64,000 bases of DNA from Chrysomallon squamiferum (lineage: Eukaryota; Animalia; Mollusca), in the NCBI GenBank assembly GCA_012295275.1, contig CM022679.1, positions 4,216,001-4,280,000 of the forward strand, given 5' to 3'. Below, one piece after another: positions 1-12,144 of the stretch (the stretch's first letter is position 1; every line of letters starts with the position of its first letter). Under the pieces are notes generated by a model. The model was given only the letters and a program-made list of their open reading frames with translations, was not told the DNA's origin and ran no database searches. A program made the position numbers and the translations under genes.

Positions 1-601
1 ATAACTACTTGCCACAGATGTCCTTGATATGCACATAGATTGGGGTAAAGGAATTCTTCAAAACTGTTTAACAACAGTAATGTCTGGTATGATGATTGGT
101 GTATCAGAGACCTTGATTATATAGTGAGATAACGTAAGATGATTTAGCTACTAGCAAGTCTGTTGAATGAAATATCAAGGTCTTCTCATTTCTAACTGGC
201 TCAACTTCAAAACAGCAAATCCCTTATTACCATACCAAATTATCTGCAAGAGTTATACGAAGGTTAACATCCTCGCGTTTATAAAATCATCAGAGATTTG
301 ACAGCGTCTAATAAAGAGCTGTCACTCTTTGATATTCGACATGGAATTTTCTCTGCAGAGCGTGCGCTGATTCTTCCTAGACGTTTATGTTGGTATTTAC
401 TTGTTTTATGGTAATTAAGTGGAACGTTAACGAGGATAATGTAGCAGAGGGATTGCAGTTACTGAAATATTTTGTTATGGATAATTGCATGCTTCAGTGG
501 GTTACGTGACGTATACTCGGAATGTAAGACCTGTTTGTAAAAAAAAGGTCAGAAAGTCGTCAGACGTTTACGACACGATAGAGGAGTTATTTTCTTTCCT
601 T

Positions 602-637
<36 letters not shown>

Positions 638-735
638 TCGGTTCTTCTTCTTAGTATTATTTGTTTAGCAGTTTTAATGCATTTTATAGTTAACGAAAAT
701 CGAATTCATCATATAAAAAAATATAAAGTTTTAAA

Positions 736-743
736 ATTATTAT

Positions 744-784
<41 letters not shown>

Positions 785-900
785 ATAATAATAATAATAG
801 TAGTAGTTGTAATAGTAGAAGTAGTAGTGGTGCTTTTAGTAGTGACAGCGGTAAGTTTAGTAGTAGTAGTACTAGTAGTGCTAGTAATAGTAGTATAGGA
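736..900. repeat. Compound (TAT/TAC/TAA/TAG)n microsatellite
   Basis: Direct reading. Confidence 0.9.
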
Positions 901-3900
901 GGAATAATAGTAGAAGTTACGGTAGTAGTAAAAGACATTGTTATTGCTGTTGCTGTTCTTGTTGCTCTTATTACAGTGGTAGCAGTAGTAATAACACAGA
1001 TTCCCCAAACAGCTTTTCATATCCGAGTTTCATTGCACAGCGAAGTAGTATTATCAGAATTAGCACACTCTAAAAAACCTTGAAAGTGGAAAGCAATCGC
1101 AAAGGTTTTGGCAACTTTATGGAGAAATATTCGCCATATTCAGAGTCAGAATGTAAACTTAATTACGCTTCTCTTGTTGGCGTCCTGTTGCTAGGATACT
1201 ACAAAATGGCTTGATTAAATTCCCAAAGAGCAATTTTTTTGCGGTTAGAATTTTTATTATATAATGGATTGCCATACATCGCTCTTTCATTACACCTTGT
1301 TAATGTGGCGTACCATTCAGCAGATTTAACACTGAAAGGTTGTAAGATCGTATCTTCATGTCGGCAGTTAGTTATCCAGGTACTGATAAACGCATGTCGG
1401 TTTCTTCAATGACATATCAGTACGGTTTAATACTGACAGTTTATAATGACATCAGATTAGAAACCCGATGTATATGATAATGAAAATATATCGATTTTTC
1501 CCCGGTAAGCTTCATATACCCTTGTTATTTTCTTTATACCAGAATCGTTTACATCTTAACTGTATCTTATCCAAAATCTCATACGACAGATACTAAATAA
1601 TCATTTAAGAAACAAAATGCTATATAAAATCTGAGACATATAAATTAAATTAGTATGTTTGTGTCTGTATGTCTATGTACAAATATAATATGTATGTATG
1701 TATGTAGGCATATAGGTATATAGGTATGTGTGAATGTATGTATTATGTAGGTGTATAAGTGTGTATGTCTGGGTGTATATATTTACATGTATGTATGTAT
1801 ATAGATATATATGTATATATGCGTATGTTTGTGTGGTGTACATATTTATATGAATGTATATATGAATGAATGACTCTATGTATCAATGTATGTATGTACG
1901 TACCTACATATATGTATTATACACACACACACACCCACCCACCCACACGCGCACACACACACACACACATACACACACACACATATATAAACATGTTGTC
2001 TGGGTGACTGTGTGCAGAGATAATGAATTCTGGACCTTTATCGCAATGTTTGTTAAACTAGCCCTCGAGCACTGGCTAGAACTGGAAATTAAAGATTTTG
2101 AAGCAGTCAAATCTGTGGAATATTTAGAAAAAGAAATTACTGTCTGCTAACCTGCCTTTCACTAATCTTATATAAAGGCCGGAAGCTAAAAAAAATTACA
2201 ACATGTCGATTTTAAATTTTTGCCTTTTTTTTTCTTTTTTTCTTTTCAAAATCTCCAGTGCCATTTTTTTTTTTATCAGCTGCCTGATAAATGAAGCCAG
2301 GTTTGAAATAGCGTGCTTAACGCATAATCAAGATATGCTGTAAATCTAAATTGCGTAGTTATTTCAGCTGCTTTGGGTTAAATCAAACAGCATTGTGCAA
2401 GAAATTGAGCGCGCGTAACGCAGTTCTTCAGGGCAGTGTAGAAGTCTTAGAAGTAAATTTTAGAATGCATTTGTCCTGATTAACCAGTATAATTCAGTAT
2501 TTAGTATGATTGGGTATGTGTGTCGCGTGTATGTGCGCGTGTGTGTGTGTGTGTGTGTTTCGTAAGAATCTATGTATCTGTTGGTTTTGTTGTTTGATTT
2601 TATAACAACATTATCGCCTAGATATATATTTGCGTCTCTACCAATGCAGACATCGATATATTTTCTGCTGCAAGTTCCCCAGACACTTAGTATTCAGACA
2701 GGAACGAGAGCTGTTAAACCGATTCTAATAAACTGTGATGTTAAAAACATAAAAGTTTTAAAACTGATTAACCGTTTCTGTGAAATTCCAATAGTTTTCA
2801 TTAGATCTGAATCAAGGCAGTATGTTGCTATGCGGTAAATTCAAGAGTTTTTCAAGCCGATTCGGGCATCCATAAAACAGAGCCCGTTTTTTTTTTTTAA
2901 CATCATTTGCATGGCGACGGTGTACAAACGTCTCTGTGACCAGGCCTAGAAATCACCAAGTAATGCCGATACAGCTTCCCTTTCAGCATCGTCATTTCCG
3001 AAATGCCCTGATTTAACTACATTTCAATGGTTTGTGTTCAGTGTGCTTTAAGAATACAGATCTGTTTTTCACAGACTTTCCATTGACTTTGCTATTCAGT
3101 CAGTGGGCTGCTTCGAGGAAAGTATTACCAGGAATTATATTGCTGCCTTCGCGAACACGTTGCAGAGCAAGTTTAATGAATATGGCGTTGTGGATGGAAA
3201 CATGTTGACGATTTTACGAAGATGGTTTTGATGGTTATTAATAACAATATCGCATCTCTTGTCCTAGCCAGTTCTCTTTCATGATGGCCCTTTGTTACAC
3301 CAAGCAATAACACTTAAGCAAACATCTCGAGTCTGTATAGATTTATATTCTGTGGGATATGTTTTTTTTGAATTGTTTTCTTCACTGATGTCAGGTTTGG
3401 TTATTTAAGATAGAAGTTCGCTGACCAAGATGTTGTAAAGCATAAGAAAATCAAATAGTAGAACAAAAAGAGTGAGGAAATATAAAACATATGTGAAGAT
3501 AATTATTTCGAAATTACAATAATCGATATTTTAAAATTTATAACATGTAATGATTTTAAAGAAATGACACAATAAAAAAAAAATAATAATAAAAAGTAAA
3601 ACGATGCTATCCGAACAGATATGTATGAATGTGTGCGATGGGAGGGCGCACGCATTTTTGTGTGTGCGCGTGTGATTCATATCTAAGTATGTACATTATA
3701 TACAAATGAATAAATGAATGATGATATATATTTCAAATTTACAGATTACGGGTTATATAAATCATTTTCAATTGATCATTTTCCGTTGTTGAAATCAAAG
3801 TTTAATTTTTCATCAAGAATTACAAGAAATTACTTTCGACGAACATTTATTTTCCACCTGCTTTTCAAGTTTGTTTTAAACAGAAAAAGAATAATCGATA

Positions 3901-4039
3901 GAATTTACTGATGTTTTTTTTTTTTTGTTTTTTTAAACTAACCTGAAATTGTTTTTTTTTTTTAAATGTAACATTTTACATCAGAACAAAAAACAAAAAA
4001 ACAGATAAATATAATTCTTCAGTTACTGACATTCGTTAT

Positions 4040-4094
<55 letters not shown>

Positions 4095-4958
4095 CTAAAC
4101 TCTCTCAATCATATTTTCAAATTTATTACCAGTAACACTTTCATACAACACAGCAGCCATCTTCGACAGTTTTGTTACCAACAGCGAAAATCCCAGAAGG
4201 AGAAATTCGTAACGCAGTACATTTATTTTCCGCGTTTAGAAAGAACACTCACAGCGAATTCATAACTGAGCTAAAAAACTGGACAGTGCTTGTCTTTCTT
4301 TTTTAAAATCCAACAACGGTAAACCGCTGCTTGATTGATCCTAACTGCAGAATAATGAATCCCTGAAGTAAAGTTTTAGAGAAGAAAGAAATAAAACAAC
4401 AGTTAAACAGCCCGTTTCGCCACTACTTTTTCATCGAACAAAAACAAATCTTTGACAGAGGAATTCTTCAGGGAGAAATAATACTGCGACTGATAGACAT
4501 TATTCTTACTGTGCAGTTGCAGATTACAATGATGTAAACGTTTTTATTTTATGTAAACAGTGGTATTGTATGGCAATGTCATGATACAGAGTTAAAGCAG
4601 TATGAAGCGGAACAGAATGGATTTTCACTGTCAAATTTTTGTTAGATGTTTATTTGCCTAGCAATAGTTTTATTATTATTATTATTATTATTGTTCTTGC
4701 TGTTATTGTTCTTGTTCTTGTTTTTGTTGTTGTTGTTAAAACACTTCTACGACGTAAAACAAGAAACAAAGCAAACTGATAGCCTCGTCATTTTTATATT
4801 TTTATTCTATAGTCTTTGCTTTCTTATTAATTAGAAAGATTTGAGTGTACAAAAGAAGAATAAACATACGAAATGCAGCTACGTGTTACTTCCCTGCTTC
4901 AAATTCTCTTTGTTAATTTTTCCCTCATTTACTGATTATACTATTTGATTGTTTTCAG

Positions 4959-5176
4959 GTACAGACATCCTGGACAGTGACGAAGAAGTTACATTTTCTT
5001 CAGAGAAGAGGTTAATCAAGAAACTCCTTGACAGATACGAGAGGCAGGGACGAATAGGTCGGCCCGTCATCAACACTGGCGACAACATCACCGTCTACTT
5101 TGGCCTCTCCCTCATTCAGATACTGGACGTTGATGAGACGAATCAGGTTCTGAAGACAAACGTCTGGTTCCATTAT
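4959..5176 (+). CDS. Gene A exon 2 (N-terminal helix to loop D)
   Basis: Acceptor ttttcag| at 4957-4958; translates (G)TDILDSDEEVTFSSEKRLIKKLLDRYERQGRIGRPVINTGDNITVYFGLSLIQILDVDETNQVLKTNVWFHY; donor |gtgagt. 218 bp. Confidence 0.93.
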
Positions 5177-6310
5177 GTGAGTGTTTAATTAAACTGTGAG
5201 AAAAAAACAACAAAAACAAAATATATATATATATATATATATGTTATCATGATTTCTGATTATCTTATTTTGTTTATTTTTATTTTGAGCTTTAAAGTTA
5301 TTTTTGTTTATTTTTTATTGTTATTATTGTTTTAGCTATATAGGTTTATGGTAATTTTTTATTTTATTTTATTTTTTTTGGCTCTCTACTATTACGGTAC
5401 TCTTTTTTCTTTCTTTTTTTGTTAATGCATTTCTCAGATAAATAAAAAATGACATAAAATTATAAAAAAAATAAAATAAAATAACTATTTTTACGATAGG
5501 GATAGTAAATCATAAATTATTGTGACAAGAAAATCTTAAAGGTTCCTTCAAATAACTAGCATCTTCAGAAATGTATATATATATATATATATATATATAT
5601 GCATATTTATATCTCTATATATGTCTCTAACACATGCATAAGGGGCAACACAAGTAATTGTGACTGACTCCCACACACACAGAGATAAGAACAGTTATTA
5701 CGCAAAGCCAATATTGTTATCGTAAAATGACATTAATGATTCTTTATGCCTCAGCCTATCCCTATTGTTGTGTTATTCGGTACACATATATCGTATTGCT
5801 AACCCCATCACCACAAATCAGAGCAATGAAGCAACAATAATTATGAATATTTTGATCATATGTCAATATCAGTTTTATAGATGGTGTATACGCCGTATGT
5901 CTAATTATAATTATGTCATGTGCATCTGACTAAAGAGTTACTTGATCAGGTACAAAAGTCGAAAGGTTTAAGGGTAAATCTTTACCTATGTGTATTATAT
6001 AATGTTCTGAGATCAAAGTCTACTATTGTTTTTGTTTTTTTTGTTTATTTTTTGTTTTTGTTTGTTTTTTGTGTTATTTTTTATCAGAACGTTTCTAGCA
6101 TCACTTTGTTTTGGTGGGCTGTTGTAACATATTTTTATCCAAATTTTACCTCACGAATGACATGAAAAATAAACTCTCTGGGAGAAATCTTTCCAAACAT
6201 TCCTTTTTGTTAACTAATAACCATACTTCTTTATAGCAACTTTTTTGTTTCGTTTTTATTATTATTATTAGTAGTAAAACTAGTAGTATTAGTTGTAGTA
6301 GCAGTAGTAA

Positions 6311-6348
<38 letters not shown>

Positions 6349-6398
6349 ATTTGTTTTCGTGTTCTTTTCTTTTTATAAATTATTCTTGTTGTTATTGC

Positions 6399-6441
<43 letters not shown>

Positions 6442-9400
6442 TTTTTTTTTTAATAATTTTATTTTATTTATAACGCTTTCGTGTTGAAAAGAAAGCAATT
6501 AAAATACACGTTACTTCAGCCCGACTTGTCGACTCTCGGTCTGCGGCTGCCTCTGTTTCTGTTACGTTCATTTACCAATAACTGTTGTTGACACAGTCTA
6601 GCCTAAGGACTGTTTAAGTACTTCACACAAAAAAGTTCAGTAGCATTTTTAATTTCCTGCTTTCTTCAGGCTGTTAGTGTTATTTTCTTATTTATCTTTT
6701 TTTTCTTTCGATATTTATTATTTAATTTTCTTTTGTAAATGGGTTATTATTAGTATTATTTGTGCTGTTGTTGCTGTTGCTGTTATTATTATTGTTGTTG
6801 TTGTTGTTATTGCAGTTTTTTTTAAATTTGTGTTGCTATTGTTGTTACTGTTATCGTTATTATTGTTATCGTTATTGCTGCTGTTGTTGTTGATGATGTC
6901 GTCCCTGTGCCGATATTAGTGCTGACAGGCAGGCAGTTAATATTTTGATTATTTTGGGTGTGGCTGTACATCGTTCATTCACTTTTTCGGCCATTCTTTC
7001 ATTAACTCATACGTTATGTCTTTCTTCTAATCTTTTTAATTTTAAAAGTATCGAACGCATTTCAACAAATACAGAACTGGCAAAACTCTTGATTTTTAAA
7101 GATTTTTATTTATTTTTTTATTTATTTATTTATTTATTAGCTTTCCTTCTAACACTCTCACGTAAATAGCTATTCCACTACTTTATCAGGTACAAACGTC
7201 AGAACGTCTAACGGTACTTCTTTACTTGTGTGTACCGGTGATATATACTGTCACGACATACTCATTTTATTATTACTATTATGAGTTCTAGCATCAGTTC
7301 TTCTTGCTGGACCAGTTTGATTATTTTCTCTTCCAACCCGTGCCCCATGACTGGTTTACGATTGCTTCTTAACTTCCTCCTCGAATCGTGGTTACCACAT
7401 ACGAGACACTTCGAGACTGCACACAAGATTTTCCACTCTGGATCTGGGCAGGTCAGCTCGATTTCCACACTGAATTTAGAAACACTGCTTGCTGGGTTTC
7501 CTTTTCCAATTCTTGATACCTTTAGACTTGAAAACCGGATTTAGAATTTTGGATACCAAACACAACACACTTGAAGAATGCACACTGGATTTCCTCATGG
7601 AATTTTCAACAATGAAAAACACACTTGAAGAATGCACACTGGATTTCCTCCTCGAATTTTGAACAATGAAAAAACACACTTGAAGAATGCACACTGGATC
7701 TTCTGAAACTTTGAACAATGAAAAACACACTTGAAGAATGAACACTGGATTTCCTCCTCGAATTTTGAACAATGAAAAACACACTTGAAGAATGCACGCT
7801 GGATCTTCTAGAATTTTGAACAATGAAAAACACACTTGAAGAATGCACACTGGATTTCCTCCTCGAATTTTGAACAATGAAAAACACACTTGAAGAATGC
7901 ACGCTGGATCTTCTGAAACTTTGAACAATGAAAAACACACTTGAAGAATGCACACTGGATTTCCTCCTCGAATTTTGAACAATGAAAAACACACTTGAAG
8001 AATGCACGCTGGATCTTCTCCTCGAATTTTTTAAACAATGAAAAAAAACACACTTGAAGAATGCACACTGGATCTTCTAGAATTTTGAACAATGAAAAAC
8101 ACACTTGAAGACTGCACACTGGATTTCCTCCTCGAATTTTGAACAATGAAAAACACACTTGAAGAATGCACGCTGGATCTTCTGAAACTTTGAACAATGA
8201 AAAACACACTTGAAGAATGCACACTGGATTTCCTCCTCGAATTTTGAACAATGAAAAACACACTTGAAGAATGCACGCTGGATCTTCTCCTCGAATTTTA
8301 AACAATGAAAAACACACTTGAAGAATGCACGCTGGATCTTCTAGAATTTTGAACAATGAAAAACACACTTGAAGACTGCACACTGGATTTCCTCCTCGAA
8401 TTTTGAACAATGAAAAACACACTTGAAGAATGCACACTGGATCTTCTAGAATTTTGAACAATGAAAAAACACACTTGAAGACTGCACATTGGATTTCCTC
8501 CTCGAATTTTGAACAATGAAAAACACACTTGAAGAATGCACACTGGATCTTCTAGAATTTTGAACAATGAAAAACACACTTGAAGACTGCACACTGGATT
8601 TCCTCCTCGAATTTTGAACAATGAAAAACACACTTGAAGAATGCACGCTGGATCTTCTCCTCGAATTTTAAACAATGAAAAACACACTTGAAGAATGCAC
8701 ACTGGATCTTCTAGAATTTGGAACAATGAAAAAACACACTTGAAGACTGCACACTGGATTTCCTCCTCGAATTTTGAACAATAAAAACTGCACGCTGGAT
8801 CTTCTCATTGAATTTTGAACAATGAAAAAACACACTTGAAGACTGCACGCTGGATCTTCTCCTCGAATTTTTGAACAATGAATGCACGCTGGAAAACAAT
8901 GAAAAAACACTTGAAGACTGCACTCTGGATTTCCTCCTCGAATTTTGAACAATGAAAAAAAAACACACTCGAATTTTTGAAGAATGCACACTGGATCTTC
9001 TGAAACTTTGAACAATGAAAAAACAATTTTGAAGAATGAACACTGGATTTCCTCCTCGAATTTTTGAACAACTTGAAAAAACACCTCGAATTTTGAAGAA
9101 TGCACACTGGATTTCCTCCTCGAATTTTGAACAATGAAAAACACACTTGAAGAATGCACACTGGATCTTCTAGAATTTTGAACAATGAAAAAACACACTT
9201 GAAGACTGCACACTGGATTTCCTCCTCGAATTTTGAACAATGAAAAATAGACTTGAAGAATGCACGCTGGATCTTCTAGAATTTGGAACAATGAAAAACA
9301 CACTTGAAGACTGCACACTGGATTTCCTCCTCGAATTTTGAACAATGAAAAACACACTTGAAGAATGCACACTGGATCTTCTAGAATTTTGAACAATGAA

Positions 9401-10978
9401 AAACACACTTGAAGAATGCACACTGGATTTCCTCCTCGAATTTTGAACAATGAAAAACACACTTGAAGAATGCACACTGGATTTCCTCCTCGAATTTTGA
9501 ACAATGAAAAACACACTTGAAGAATGCACACTGGATCTTCTAGAATTTTGAACAATGAAAAACACACTTGAAGACTGCACACTGGATTTCCTCCTCGAAT
9601 TTTGAACAATGAAAAACACACTTGAAGAATGCACACTGGATCTTCTAGAATTTTGAACAATGAAAAACACACTTGAAGACTGTACACTGGATCTTCTCCT
9701 CGAATTTTGAACAATGAAAAACACACTTGAAGACTGCACGCTGGATCTTCTGAAACTTTGAAAACAATGAAAAACACGAATTTTGAACAATGAAAACACA
9801 CTTGAAATGCACGCTGGATCTTCTCCTCGAATTTTGAACAATAAAAAAAAACTGGATCTTCTCCTCGAATTTTGAACAATGAAAAACTTGAAGACGAATT
9901 TTGAACAATGAAAAAACACACTTGAAGACTGCACGCTGGATCTCCTCCTCGAATTTTGAACAATAAAAACTGCACGCTGGATCTTCTCATTGAATTTTGA
10001 ACAATGAAAAACACACTTGAAGACTGCACGCTGGATCTTCTCCTCGAATTTTGAAATATGAAAAACACACTTGAAGACTGCACGCTGGATTTCCTCCTCG
10101 AATTTTGAACTATGGAAAAGACACTTTGAAAAAGAAACACAACACAACTGATTTTTGCTAGTTGGATTTTCTTTTCGAAGTTTGAAGAACAAACAGCACA
10201 CTGGAAGACTGGAGGTTGAAGTTTCTTTCTGAATTCAGAGAAAATAAAATGCAACACATACATGTCTCATGCACGAAGGATTTCCCTGTCGAATTTTATT
10301 CGAGACAGCTGCGTGATCGTCTTGTTTTGAATTTCGATATTTAATTACCTATTACGTCATGCAAAACCTTTTCTGGCGCACGAACAGCACATCGCGTGTC
10401 TTTAGAAAATTATCTCAGCTTCTTCCATTGTAGAAGGTCAGAGTGAATCCATCGACAATTGTCCTACGACATCAACTGGTTTCCCGTTCTCTGGCAATGT
10501 GACAATTGAGTGACGTCTCTAGCGTTCTGTTTATTTATAACGTACGGGCATCAACGACGTTCTGTGATGTTACGAACGACGAAACGTTTTGAATTCATAT
10601 TTACTTATTTATCTATTACACAGAATGAAATAATTCAGTGTCAGCAGAAAAAATAAAAAATAAAAATAAAAAATCATTAAATAAATTTAAAAAAAAATCA
10701 CCACCACCACAACAACAAACAATAATAATATACATAAATAAATAAATAATAAAAGAACAAAATGTGTTAGCTCTATGTCGGAATACTTAATGTGTCTACT
10801 TGTAAATGTGCTACATAGTTTCAGCTAAGTAAATCATTGTAATACATGGTGTAAAGTAAAAGTGACTTATTTTACACGCACACACAGACAGACAGACAGA
10901 CACATACACACACATAAAGACACACACCTAGCATACAGAATAAACAGAATAAACAAAACAAAAAGTACAAACAACAAA

Positions 10979-11011
<33 letters not shown>

Positions 11012-11481
11012 AATGTACAACATACATAGGATGTACTGTAATACAATTCGTTTCCTTGTTCTACTTTGTGCAACAGTGTTGAGACTTCAGCAGTAACTCG
11101 GCAAAAAACGTGTCCTGCACGGCAGCCATTTGTAAACAGATGTTCTGCTCATGCGCTGTGTACTGCATGCGTTTTAGTGTAAGCGATGAAGTACGACCGG
11201 GTTGATTTGTAACAGCAGATCACGAAACATAGAGAAAGTGTTTTTGCAACATTAGATGGTGACACACTGAAGAAAATACGAATGCATATTGGGAAAGTAA
11301 AAATTTTGAAGACGAACAACAAACAGCAACAACAATATAAATGGACTAAAGATGCTTTACAAAAAACCTGTCATATCTGGCTGTTGTCTGTTCTTGTCTA
11401 AAGTTATCTCTGTCTAGATAGCTAGATATCTCAAATATTCTCTGTATCTATGTCGTTCAGTCTTTGTTGTTGTTGTTGTTG

Positions 11482-11529
<48 letters not shown>

Positions 11530-12059
11530 CAGAGATGGAGAGACATTCTACTGCAGTGGAATAAAACCGTCCATGATGGCATCGACAGCATTCGAGTTCC
11601 GTCCAACAAAATATGGCTGCCCGACATCCTGCTTTACAACTTGTACGTAACATCTACGACAACGGCATACTACCACCGCCACCACTACTGTTACTACTGT
11701 TACTACTACTACTACTACTACCGGCTATTGTACATTTACTGGCTATTTAAGAGAATGAAATTTAGTGCTGAAAATATACGAGACGGATTTTTTATATTTA
11801 TTAAGTTCGCAGTTTGAACTTTTTTTTTTTTTTTTTTTTTGACTGTATCGATGATGAAATGAATATATCGAGCTAAAATATATTTTCGTGTTTTGACCTG
11901 TCAGATCGGAGTAATAAGAAATAGTATTACATTTATTCCCTAAAGCAGAACATTTGTGTTGTTGTCCTACATGAAATATTTCAAAAGGTGGAAATAAGAA
12001 ATATTTTATACTTTGAAAGTGAAAAAAAAAAAAAAAAAAAAAAAAAAAATAAAATAAAA

Positions 12060-12144
<85 letters not shown>

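Noticed and set aside
7560-10135. CRISPR-like array
   Set aside because: Units are contiguous with no unique spacers, there are no cas genes, and the context is a eukaryotic intron.
7476-10263. Long - strand ORFs (up to 531 aa) with Cys-rich repeats, superficially zinc-finger-like
   Set aside because: They are translations of the 54/51-bp satellite in all three frames with frequent frameshifts, and have no C2H2 spacing or domain.
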